Origin: a virus
DNA: 64,000 nucleotides
IMG/VR virus record: IMGVR_UViG_3300035698_022898
Coordinates: 22,235 to 86,234 of that record
Direction: 5' to 3' (one strand)
Shown here: in pieces, positions 47,203 through 56,523 of the stretch
Layout of the letters: each line of letters opens with the position of its first letter
How positions within the stretch are numbered: position 1 is the stretch's first letter
Notes under the pieces: generated by a model
The model's database searches: none
The model's input: only the letters and a program-made list of their open reading frames with translations
Told to the model about the DNA's origin: nothing
Program-made: the position numbers and the translations under genes

Positions 47203-47783
47203 ATGTTCGTTTTTGGCTTTTGGGTTTCTCCAGTGAAATGACTCGCTACCAATATTTGGGTTTCTTGGTTTAAGTGGCTCGTTTTTTCTATTTGGGCATC
47301 TTCCACATAAAGACTCACTTGCTTATCTAGGGTTTCTACATCATATTGGTTCGTTTCCGGCACAGGTTTCCTTAGAGAATTTGTCTCGCTCGATAACTAA
47401 GGGTTTCTTGCCCACTCTGGCTCGTTTTATCTACCTGGGTTTCTACGCAATGCTGACTCGCTCCTTGCTACGGGTTACTAGAAACTAATGACTCGATGCC
47501 GCACTTTGGGTTTCTTCGGTCAATGTCTCGCTAGTTAGATTCGGGTTTCTTAGGGGCCGTGGCTCGTTTCTGGGTGTGGTTTACTCTAATCCTTGACTCG
47601 CTGTATGATTTTGGGTGTCTCTTTTTCATCGACTCGCTTTCTGGTTCTGGGTTTCTCCCGATCCTAGGCTCGCTCCACTTTTTTGGGTGTCTTTAAAGAT
47701 ATGGCTCGCTCGTTGAGGATGGGTTACTTGCCTCGGATGGCTCGTTTCACGCTGATAGGGTTTCTTCCCGGCTCCGACTATGT
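47203..47783 (-). ncRNA. TIGR-type dual-repeat guide-RNA array, 16 units of ~36 nt
   Basis: Plus-strand motif TGGGTTTCT (variants) at 47221, 257, 293, 329, 364, 400, 436, 471, 507, 542, 577, 612, 648, 684, 720, 757. It alternates with TGRCTCGYT (variants) at 47239, 275, 311, 347, 382, 418, 454, 489, 524, 560, 594, 630, 666, 702, 738, with degenerate copies at 47203 and 47775. Unique spacers are 8-10 nt, mostly 9. Confidence 0.92.
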
Positions 47784-47814
47784 AAAATTGTCAAAGAACC
47801 TAGCTACTTACTCT

Positions 47815-47887
47815 TTCGTTCTAAGACACGGAACTTTTCAGTGTGACGTAACATACACAAGACAGGCGTTCCATGTCTTAGAACGAA
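47815..47887. repeat. 20-bp inverted repeat in the array leader
   Basis: ttcgttctaagacacggaac (47815-34) / gttccatgtcttagaacgaa (47868-87); the one mismatch is G-U on the minus strand. Confidence 0.88.
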
Positions 47888-47936
47888 GGATTCTACGTAG
47901 GTTTTTCACAGATCCAGCTTCATTATTACAGACTAG

Positions 47937-49433
47937 CTACATCCACCCCCATTCACAGTACATTGCAAGTCTCTGTCCAAAATGAGAGATGAAGTAGGTG
48001 CAATCGAAATCTAAAATGTCAATGATCAGTCCCTCTTCTTTTCCCTCAGCCTTAGTAAGTGATCTACTGGCAGACTGGATTGTAATTATTTCAGACTTAC
48101 CTCCGCCAGCATTTATAACAGCATTAAGAGTAGGTAAGTTGATACCTTCATTCCATATTTTTGTGGCTATGACACAACGATGGTCCCCTTCGATAAGACC
48201 ATGTCTGTATTCCCCTCGATTTTTAGACCGGGTTTCAACTTGACGACGGAGAGCATCCAACTCTTCTAATCGTTTTTCTATTTTATGAATACTTTCTTGG
48301 GCAATACGACCAGACATTCTATGCAGTCGAGTCTTTTGTGTCTCTATCTCTTTTCGGGTGTCTGCATCAATTCCTGCACAGATGAAGGGCACCTTAAGTT
48401 CTGGTGACATCTTTTCAAACATCTGTTCCAGTTTGAATCCGTGCAACACTCTAGTTACCAGGATGAGGACAGTGTTGCCTTCTTCCACAAGCTTTCGAGT
48501 TTCTAATACAATAGCTCTATTCCTGGAATTACTGATAACGATTCCATGATGGTAAGCATCTTGGTAAGCTTTTCGTTCCCTCAATCCAGGATTAGGTGGG
48601 GCTTTGATAAATTTCATTCTTGGTTTAGCTTGTATGTCCATATCCAACGCTTCCTGTGAGGTTATTTTATCTACAATGGGACCTAAGTAGGCTTCCATAG
48701 CCATTAACCCTTCTGGGTCGTTAATCTTAGGAGTTGCTGTCAACCCAATACGAAATTCAGCCAATAGTCTGCTAAGTATCTTAGCGTACTCCCCGTCAAA
48801 CTTGGATACATGGTGACATTCGTCTACTATAACCACATCATATTTGTCGATGTAAGTTGCAGGATCCAGTAAAGCAAAGGATCTGCGGGTGGCAACGAGT
48901 ATTCTTTTGTGTACTTCTCGTTTACCATTTCCTAGCATTCCTACATCTTCTTTGGGGAAGCCCATTTTTATGAGTTCTTCCACAGTCTGCTCGACCAAGT
49001 CTTTACTATGACATAAGAAAAGAAGATTGGATTCAGGGAAACAAGAGAAGATCATTCCAGCCATAACAGTCTTCCCTGTTCTTGGAGGGGACTGAATCAC
49101 ACCCCTACGTGCCTGGAGTATATTGTCAACAAGTTTTGTTTGATGTAGTTGTGGGGTTATGTTGGGTAAATTTACCGGGCAGTGTTGCAAAGAGGGCTCA
49201 AATCCAACAAGTTCTATCTCTTCATCGTGGAGTCGAGCATATTCCATTACACGGTCAAGCAAACCTGTAGGAAATCGGCCATCTTTGACCAAGTTGCAGC
49301 GGTAGGTTTTTCTTTCTTTGCTATATCTTCCAGGTCGCCACATCTCGGTTTCGTAAGATAGACAAGGCTTGAGGAATTTAGCCCCAGCCTTGTCTACCTC
49401 ACAATGAACAGGATGTAAAACTTTTATGATCAT
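47937..49433 (-). CDS. SF2 DNA helicase (UvsW/Res-like)
   Basis: PRTGKT, VDECHH, GLTATP, EGINLP, Q...R.L. Confidence 0.9.
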   Translation of the reverse strand: MIIKVLHPVHCEVDKAGAKFLKPCLSYETEMWRPGRYSKERKTYRCNLVKDGRFPTGLLDRVMEYARLHDEEIELVGFEPSLQHCPVNLPNITPQLHQTKLVDNILQARRGVIQSPPRTGKTVMAGMIFSCFPESNLLFLCHSKDLVEQTVEELIKMGFPKEDVGMLGNGKREVHKRILVATRRSFALLDPATYIDKYDVVIVDECHHVSKFDGEYAKILSRLLAEFRIGLTATPKINDPEGLMAMEAYLGPIVDKITSQEALDMDIQAKPRMKFIKAPPNPGLRERKAYQDAYHHGIVISNSRNRAIVLETRKLVEEGNTVLILVTRVLHGFKLEQMFEKMSPELKVPFICAGIDADTRKEIETQKTRLHRMSGRIAQESIHKIEKRLEELDALRRQVETRSKNRGEYRHGLIEGDHRCVIATKIWNEGINLPTLNAVINAGGGKSEIITIQSASRSLTKAEGKEEGLIIDILDFDCTYFISHFGQRLAMYCEWGWM

Positions 49434-50263
49434 TCCCAGCTCTTCCCGTACAGGATATGACGCATTGCTTCCTGGAGTTGGATGCGTCTGCTTAAGGAGT
49501 ATATGTCGTGGGTGGTGAACTGTGTCAGAATGTTGAAGGCGACCCAGAGGTTCATGCCGTATGACTTGTCGGCACCGGCCTCGTGGTAGCTTTCCCAGTC
49601 AAGCAGAGACAGATTGGTACTGGTCTCTTTTACCAGTTTCAGATTGGTAGTTTCTGTCTGGTTCAGCTTGAGAGGCTTGAGAATCTTGGCTTGGAAGGTG
49701 TCGAAGGGGAGTTCAATATCTTTCCAACGATCCCACATAGTCACCTGTTCCCCGATTCTCTCCATTCCTTTTTCGAGAACAAGAGAAATGTCTTCGAGAA
49801 ACAGGTCAGGGAGGTGCCGTTTACGGAATTGAGCGAATCTTTCGCCGACGATCATGCCGTTTGCACAAACGAGTCGGAAGACACCCAACTCAATTTGCAA
49901 TCGTCTGCTGAGGTCATAGGAGTTGAAAACTTCGATAGTCGGGTGAACCATGTCTCCTTTACCGACGGCAATTTTTTGATCCGTCATGGTGAAGGTAGTT
50001 TGCATACTGGCTCCACCGAATTCCATGCGAAGTGTTCTACCCCAGGTGCCCCCAACAGTTTCAAGTTGTTGTTCCACCTTTTCGAGAATTTCCTGATGTG
50101 AAACCAACTTGTAGTCGTTGGACACGATAGAGAATATTTCCTCAGTTTCCGGATTGACAATGGCCTTCTTCCCTTCGATGGGAATGAAGTCCTTACCATA
50201 GTAAACGGGGTGCTCTTCAACAGGAGGTAGCAACTCCAATCCTGCCGAAACGATTTCTTTCAT
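49430..50263 (-). CDS. DUF932/DUF945-like phage protein
   Basis: VS.DYKLV.H, NSYD.S, G.FRLVC.NG, H, LW..FN..T. Confidence 0.75.
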   Translation of the reverse strand: MKEIVSAGLELLPPVEEHPVYYGKDFIPIEGKKAIVNPETEEIFSIVSNDYKLVSHQEILEKVEQQLETVGGTWGRTLRMEFGGASMQTTFTMTDQKIAVGKGDMVHPTIEVFNSYDLSRRLQIELGVFRLVCANGMIVGERFAQFRKRHLPDLFLEDISLVLEKGMERIGEQVTMWDRWKDIELPFDTFQAKILKPLKLNQTETTNLKLVKETSTNLSLLDWESYHEAGADKSYGMNLWVAFNILTQFTTHDIYSLSRRIQLQEAMRHILYGKSWE

Positions 50264-50302
50264 GAGTAACTCCTTTGCGGTTAAACGTCCTTGCTTTCAA
50301 AC

Positions 50303-50331
50303 ACTATACTTGATTTCTTCTGGGAAAGCAA
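50303..50331 (-). promoter_or_regulatory. sigma70-like promoter
   Basis: TTGCTT-17-TATAGT. Confidence 0.7.
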
Positions 50332-50360
50332 TAGGTTCCAGAAAATTTCTCATATTAGTA

Positions 50361-50963
50361 TCATATTACATGCAGGTTCTTGGCTCGGTGATACAGGGCA
50401 CCAAAACTCTCCACATCCAATTTGATAGCAAATACTTCACCGCCAGTGTTGGGAATTAGTTTAAGAAGAACTCCATTGGGTATCGCATCCATGGTGTAGC
50501 CACAGCCCTGTATGGAGTTTTGTGCAGGAAGATACGGTTGTGGAGCATGAACAGTAGGTGGTTCCACATCTTCCTGAGAACAATTTCCAATAGGAGGCAC
50601 CCCCTGTTCGATAGCCCACTCCCTTCTTCGGAGAGCAAAGTTGAGCTGTTTGATCTGATCTTCTCTGAGGAAATGGGCCTGCTTGATCCATTCTTGGAGT
50701 TTTTCCGCGGTGACAGCACCCAGATAGTGATGGTCTACTCTGGGGTTTTTCTTGAAGAAATCGAAATCGGCTTTGGAAAGCCAGGACATCTGTAGACCTT
50801 CCGCTTCCATCTTCATTGCATAGTAGCGTTGGGTTCGTGTGGCACGATTGGTGAGGATGTTTCCATGCATCCAACCATCCGGCCAAATCCCCTTCTCCTT
50901 CTTTTTTAGGTAGAAGTGGGGATCGTTTACGTGATAAATCGTCATCGTTTGTTTCTCAGCCAT
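50361..50963 (-). CDS. Hypothetical protein
   Basis: AAGGAGG RBS before ATG 50963. Confidence 0.65.
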   Translation of the reverse strand: MAEKQTMTIYHVNDPHFYLKKKEKGIWPDGWMHGNILTNRATRTQRYYAMKMEAEGLQMSWLSKADFDFFKKNPRVDHHYLGAVTAEKLQEWIKQAHFLREDQIKQLNFALRRREWAIEQGVPPIGNCSQEDVEPPTVHAPQPYLPAQNSIQGCGYTMDAIPNGVLLKLIPNTGGEVFAIKLDVESFGALYHRAKNLHVI

Positions 50964-51326
50964 GATACGAACCTCCTTTTTATGAAAATTCCTCGAATTC
51001 CATGCCAGTTTAATGGCCCCTATATCCCGTTTCGGAGGTGCCGTTAGCAGGCTGGGGCCATTTAGGCTAGGATGGAATCCAGCGCAGACAGCGGTTCCTG
51101 TTGCATACATCGAACAGGACTTCTTTCGCTTTCCGCTGACCAGAGCCATCCTGCGACCTGTCTAGGATGTAATACTGATGCAATGCTCTTCCATAAGGAC
51201 CGCCCACACGTTGTTTGCAGATGTGTAGGTGTCCCACTAAATGTTGGACATTTTTGTCTTTCGACCATGAAAGCCGACGTGGAAACGAAACGCCGAAGGA
51301 CTTAGCCACGTTTGCTGCATCGATAG

Positions 51327-51962
51327 CTAGTATCCGAGCGGTATTTGGCATGACTCCCCACTCTCCCATTTGTGGCCACATTCGGGACATCTGCTGTTTT
51401 TTGTCCTCATCTGTGTCCAGTTTGCAAACAACTCTGTTTGAGTTATTTTGTGGAACTCGTGGTTGCAGGGGTTGTTGACCAACGTGGGCCTAAAGTACGT
51501 CTCAGAGGCATAACGGTTGTCGGTGTCAACAACTTCCACAGATGTTAATCGTACATTGGGAAGAAATTGAACCAACGCTTCCTGTACAACGGAAAGAAGC
51601 ATTGCTCCTCCGAAGAAGGTGTACCCCCTTTCCCAAGCATCCAACTCTGCTGTGTAGGATACTTCGAGAGAGGGGGGAAATCCCATCTGGGTCATTACGG
51701 AAGAGCGTGACGACCAGGGACCTATTAGTGTTTCGACGGTGCCGTCCTTCATGGGAAGTTCAAACTTCCTGCCAGTGTACCCCTCACCAGGTTGTACATA
51801 ATAAAAGAAACGCACAAAGCCGTCGGCGTTGGCAGCAAAGTAGCAACCGCTTCTCATTTCGTAGACGAAATCGTTTTTGAGTGGTTCTGCTTCCACAAGG
51901 GCTTTTAAACTGGAAGAGTTGGCCCAGTCAAAGTTCCAGTCAACCTTGAGTTTTTTTATCAT
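51327..51962 (-). CDS. Hypothetical protein with C-terminal zinc ribbon
   Basis: GGAGG RBS before ATG 51962; GPWSS motif; C.H...CPECG. Confidence 0.65.
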   Translation of the reverse strand: MIKKLKVDWNFDWANSSSLKALVEAEPLKNDFVYEMRSGCYFAANADGFVRFFYYVQPGEGYTGRKFELPMKDGTVETLIGPWSSRSSVMTQMGFPPSLEVSYTAELDAWERGYTFFGGAMLLSVVQEALVQFLPNVRLTSVEVVDTDNRYASETYFRPTLVNNPCNHEFHKITQTELFANWTQMRTKNSRCPECGHKWESGESCQIPLGY

Positions 51963-52026
51963 AGATCCTCCCCCGAGGATAAGAGAAGAGCCCCCAGCCC
52001 GTAAAGCAGGGGGCTCTTGTTGAGGT

Positions 52027-52575
52027 TTACGCCTCGGTCGCGGTCTCGGCTTCGTCGGTGACCGGGGCTTCCGTCGTGGGCTCTTCCGTGGCCTCGGCGT
52101 CAGCTTTGGGCTCTTCCGGGGTTTCGGCTTTGGTCTCGACCTTGGGAATCTCGACGACGATGGCGCCGTTTTCACCCGACTTCGTGACCCAGCCTTTGTT
52201 TTTCTTCATGTCGGCCAGAGTACCAGCGATAGCCTTCTTGTTCGCCGATTCGGGCCAGTCCCCGTTGATCTCTTCCAGCTTCTTGGCCAAGGTAGCCGGT
52301 GTCCAGGTGCCCTGTTGCACCAATTCGATGATCGTTCCCCGACGAGAGGGGCTCTTCACCGTGGGGGTTTCCTCCGCCGCCTCGGCGAAGTCGAAGGCCA
52401 GTTCTTCGGGAAGATCGCCTTCCACGTAATCCTTGAGACGCAACTTGTACTTGGAACACAGGCTTTCGAGAACCTGTTTGGCACTGGAACGTGCCTTGTC
52501 GTCGCCAGCTTCTTGGTAACGCTGGAACATCGACGTAACCTTTTCCCGAGTTTTCTTTGAAACGTTCATAACCAC
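52027..52575 (-). CDS. Putative DNA-binding (wHTH-like) protein, paralogue of 60873-61391
   Basis: Own promoter and AAGGAG RBS; high GC3; SRR..I......G..T...NKKAI.G...D.K; downstream hairpin 51988-52017. Confidence 0.7.
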   Translation of the reverse strand: MVMNVSKKTREKVTSMFQRYQEAGDDKARSSAKQVLESLCSKYKLRLKDYVEGDLPEELAFDFAEAAEETPTVKSPSRRGTIIELVQQGTWTPATLAKKLEEINGDWPESANKKAIAGTLADMKKNKGWVTKSGENGAIVVEIPKVETKAETPEEPKADAEATEEPTTEAPVTDEAETATEA

Positions 52576-52634
52576 GACTCCTTATTCATTGAAGTTAAAA
52601 TCTGAAATCGTTGTTCCTGCCTCTGCATGTAAAG

Positions 52635-52663
52635 ACTATATGACAATTCAAATGGTATTGCAA
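52635..52663 (-). promoter_or_regulatory. sigma70-like promoter
   Basis: TTGCAA-17-TATAGT. Confidence 0.75.
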
Positions 52664-52692
52664 GCTTTTCTCTAGGTAACAATTACAATTTT

Positions 52693-53245
52693 TTAACTTT
52701 TACCAGGGTTTAATAAGTCCTTATTGAGAAGACGCCGAACCTTGTTTAAATCTTCTTCGGTATGAGGTGTTCCCCCAAGAGTTCATTTCCAAACACCAGT
52801 TCAGTATATCCTTATGATGTTCCAGATCGTTGATGTTAAAGAGTAAATCATATTTTCGGAGTAGGATTTCCCACCCATCTATATCTTTGAGTTTGTGTCC
52901 TCCAAAAACTTCCAGTTCGTTATTAACGAAATCCCATATCGCTGTAATTCTTTGGAGGCCGTCCACTAACTCAAAAGGTCCGCGGAAGTCATTCATCCAT
53001 CCTGGGCAGTTGAAATAAATAACTCTTCCTGAACGTCCCCCTCGTAGTATGTATTCCACAAAGGTGATTTGTTGCTCCTCTGTCCAAACGTGTGCTCGTT
53101 GATAGTCAGGGTACATATTGAGTGGAAAGGATCGGTCTTCATTGCAGTATCTATCTAGAGTTTCTATAAAATGATCCAATCCTATGTTCACTTGGTAATG
53201 ACCGTCTCGGGTCATTTGATGTATATCTGTGTGTTTCATTACCAC
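52693..53245 (-). CDS. DUF262 (ParB/GmrS-like) protein with an apparent 1-nt frameshift near the 3' end
   Basis: PDYQR..VW and VDGLQRITAI. The in-frame stop is at 52721, but removing one base at 52777/8 gives NSGGTPHTEEDL ending at 52693. Confidence 0.75.
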
Positions 53246-55111
53246 TTCCCGTTTTCGTTAGGAATAAATCTAGGGTTGACTATTGCATCTAGTCCTATAA
53301 GATTTAAACTGTCTCTGCTTGCTTCGATGTCCTGACCTCTACGGATAGAGTCAATGTGAGGTAAAGCTTTCTGGAGATTCTCCCAATCAACTTGATCCCA
53401 AGGAAACTCCTCAGGTGCGTTGAAATTGAAACAGGGATGATCGTAAGCAAAGTAGGGAGCAAGTTTGATCATACAAACCAGTGCTTGTGTTTTTGGGCCT
53501 TTTTCCAGCTAACCCACAGATTGTTTGCAATCTTCCACAGGTTGCCCGGGTCCTGTATTTCTTTCAGGGTGCAATTAGTGATCTTGGGGGCAAGGCAGGC
53601 TACGTGGGCTTGTCTGTTGGGAAGAATATTTGGAGCAGTAATCCAGACCGCCATGTGTCCCCTCACATCTTCTCTGCAGATAGGACATAGAACCTCGTGG
53701 ACGTGATTGGCAGGGAATCGTTCGTCGTAGAACCCAAAGACTACTGGGTGCTCTTTAATCAGAATACTTACCCTTTTCATTTCCATTCTCCTAGACTTCT
53801 CCAAAACCTTTTTAACGGCTTCCGCCATTTCGAGTATGTTTCCAGAGTTTACAGTGAGGACTTTCATCGTCCCCTTCTTTCCTCTTCATACGCCTCTTGG
53901 TGTAGTTTCCAGTAACATTTGGAGCATATTCCCCCAGATTCCATATCTCCAATACACATCTCTTTACCGCAGTCTGGACACGGAATGCCAGAAGGGGAGT
54001 CAAGTCGAGTTTGTTCCTCAGGAGAAATCTTCAATTCTTGTAGATCCAGTATATCCATCATCCCCTCCTAAATAAGCCCGTAATCCATAAAGGAAAAGGG
54101 CAATTTTTATGATCTTCTAGGGGGCAATCCCCTGTTTCCTCTGGAGTAGGAACTGGCATAGCTTCCGCTTCCTCTTCTAAGTAAACAGGGCAGGGTCCCT
54201 TCTTCATCTTGCACTTGGCTTTGGGAAACTTCTCTTTAATAACACGGATTTCCGCTGCCATGGTAGTTATTGTTGCATGGCCACAGTGAACACCCAGCCC
54301 GTCTGCTTCTTTAGCTTGGCAAGCTGGTATTCCGTTTATAGTCCAGTGGTATACAGTTTCCCTTTTGATTCTTTTTATGGTGTTAAGCACACCCATGTAA
54401 GTACACTTTTCCGTTGTGTAGATAGTATTGGTATAGTTTGATGAGTCTGCCTCTCTTCATTTTATCAATAAGAGACATAAACTTATATGACAAGTTGTTG
54501 TCCGCACGGTAGAACTTATTTGCCAGCTTTAAAACTTTGGCTCTAAGTTCGAGCGTGGTTAGTCTAGGACTAAGCATCTTTTATTATCCTATCGTAGTAG
54601 AAAGTTCCATTAAGGAAAAACCCCAGCCTAAATGAACCAACACCAATAATCTGTAATCCTATATTTTCACATTTCCATAGGTAGTAAATTCGTTTGTACC
54701 AAGGAAGTTCTGTTGCAAGCTTTACATCTATTTCATTTGGTGAAACTCTGATACTTTTACTGTTCATGAGTAGAGATGTAAAGTTATCAGAGTCTTTTTG
54801 GGTCATAAGCCTACCGTTTTGTCTGTATCGCATCACCACTCTCCTCCAAAGAGGAAGTCAAAGCACTTCTCACACATACCAGAAATGCCGTACTCCTTTT
54901 TGCCAGCATCGGTGAAGAACAGGTCTCTTCGGAACTCGCCTTTATCGTCACTGACCTGCTCTTTACATTTGATACAAACTAATCGATCAAGGGCATCTGT
55001 TCTGGTCACCCCGAAAGCCGTCATAGCCGTTTGGTCTTGAAGCTTAGTGAGTGCATCGTTTGATACACTAAGCATATCAGGATGCATGGGTCCTTTAATA
55101 CCTTTTTTCAT
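53239..55111 (-). other. Operon of small overlapping hypothetical genes (53239-53472, 53469-53867, 53864-54061, 54058-54396, 54383-54577, 54570-54839, 54833-55111)
   Basis: ATGA or short overlaps and SD motifs; several CxxC zinc fingers. Confidence 0.65.
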
Positions 55112-55192
55112 TTTGTGTTCCTCCTTGGAGTCGCGAGCTTCGATGCAACCCAACACCGAAGCCCGCTGTTCTTAGGGGGACGCTATGAAGTA

Positions 55193-55221
55193 AATATAAT
55201 GTTAACCATCTGGGATTGCAA
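55193..55221 (-). promoter_or_regulatory. sigma70-like promoter
   Basis: TTGCAA-17-TATATT. Confidence 0.65.
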
Positions 55222-55261
55222 GATAAAACTAACAATTTCTCAGATGTAAAATTTTCTCATA

Positions 55262-55648
55262 CTAATTCCAAATCCCCTTATCGGAAGGTAAATCGTCCAT
55301 TGAGTCTTCAACCATCAACATACCTACACGGTATGTGGTGTTGAGTAGGAAACAACACATTTGCAAACAGATGTCGGCTTCTCCATGAATGACAACACAC
55401 CGATCTCCTCCTTGGAGAACCAGGCCACCTGTTGTGGTGGGATACATTCTGGCTCCGACGTCCAGAAGTTCTTTGATTGTGTCGTTGATAGTGTCTCGTT
55501 TCCTCAATTCCAGATTAAAGGAAGCTTTAAACACCTTCCCATCTTTTGAACCATCTATGAGGACTTCTCCTCTCCAAAAACCCTCAGGATTCATTGCTAT
55601 GTTCACAGGAACTGTTCCTATGATTACTTTGTCCTCAAAATTATCCAT
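55262..55648 (-). CDS. Hypothetical protein
   Basis: GAGGA RBS, overlap with the upstream gene. Confidence 0.6.
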   Translation of the reverse strand: MDNFEDKVIIGTVPVNIAMNPEGFWRGEVLIDGSKDGKVFKASFNLELRKRDTINDTIKELLDVGARMYPTTTGGLVLQGGDRCVVIHGEADICLQMCCFLLNTTYRVGMLMVEDSMDDLPSDKGIWN

Positions 55649-55958
55649 CGTCCTCGTCCTCGTCCTCAAACAAGCTGCTGGGGTTAATGGAAAAGGTAAT
55701 GCCGTTGAGCATATTGAGAATGGCCTTGGTTTCAATAATAGCACCTTCAACCTGCTCTTCTTTGTAGACCTTACATTGCACGCCTGGGGTGAGTTGCCTG
55801 AGACGGAGAATAGCTTTCTCAAGAAAAGCTATCTCTATGTCTATCGTTTCTTCATTTTCCTTCCAGAATTCCGCGTGGAGCCTTTTTATGGCTCGATGTC
55901 GTTCTTTTAGCCCGTTAGAAAGAATTCTTTGTACTTTAGCCTCATTGGATTCTGACAT
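55641..55958 (-). CDS. Hypothetical protein
   Basis: AGGAGGAG RBS; promoter TTGTAG-17-TATTAT at 55980-56008. Confidence 0.65.
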   Translation of the reverse strand: MSESNEAKVQRILSNGLKERHRAIKRLHAEFWKENEETIDIEIAFLEKAILRLRQLTPGVQCKVYKEEQVEGAIIETKAILNMLNGITFSINPSSLFEDEDEDDG

Positions 55959-56046
55959 TATGTTCTCCTCCTTTTTCTTATAATAGCATATATCATAGTG
56001 TTCTACAAGATAAAAATAGTAGGCCTTGTATTTGTATCATAATTGT

Positions 56047-56075
56047 AAAAAAGCCCCCCGACCAAGCCGAGGGGA
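56047..56075 (-). terminator. Intrinsic terminator
   Basis: CCCCUCGG/UCGGGGGG stem followed by U6. Confidence 0.7.
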
Positions 56076-56477
56076 TTTAGTTTGTCCAGCTTTGCACTTA
56101 TCGGTGCATTTGTCTTTTCTGACAGGGCTGGCGCTTTTTAGGGATTCGGAGGTATCGATTGCTTTCACGGGCCACTTCCGTGAGCGATTTCATATGGTAG
56201 CCTCTTTACCGTTGTTTACAGTGTTCTCTGTGGGTACAGAGTATTTCTCTAGTTAAAACCCACACTTCTTCCCCTCAACCGCCACGCTTCTACCGGCCTT
56301 TTCGGTATGCGCTTTCACGGGCCCTCTCTTTGGGAAATTTTGGGCAGTTGCTCCGCAGCAATATGCTTGGAGCGACGCTGGTGGATGTGGTTCAATTTTT
56401 ACCTATCCCGATGTTTTTCAGGACAATCATAAAAACCACCTCCTTTCACTTGGTTTATTTTCCTTCTTTAAAAATAG

Positions 56478-56506
56478 ACTATAGCATGTCCAATTGCGAT
56501 GTGCAA
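56478..56506 (-). promoter_or_regulatory. sigma70-like promoter with extended -10
   Basis: TTGCAC-17-(TGc)TATAGT. Confidence 0.75.
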
Positions 56507-56523
56507 GATAAAAATTTGTGTAT

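Noticed and set aside
47203-47783. CRISPR array
   Set aside because: The repeats are two alternating 9-mers with ~9-nt spacers, not 23-47-nt repeats with ~30-nt spacers, and there are no cas genes in the window.
47766-47794. TTGACA promoter at the array start
   Set aside because: There is no -10 hexamer at 16-18 nt spacing.
47683-47985. 100-aa plus-strand ORF over the array and leader
   Set aside because: No RBS, antisense to the operon, and array units of 34-37 nt break the reading frame.
55095-55111. Possible self-target of array unit 5 (ATGAAAAAG+GTATGATTT) in ATGAAAAAAGGTATTAA
   Set aside because: Needs an indel and several mismatches in low-complexity sequence. I could not do an exhaustive self-target search by eye.
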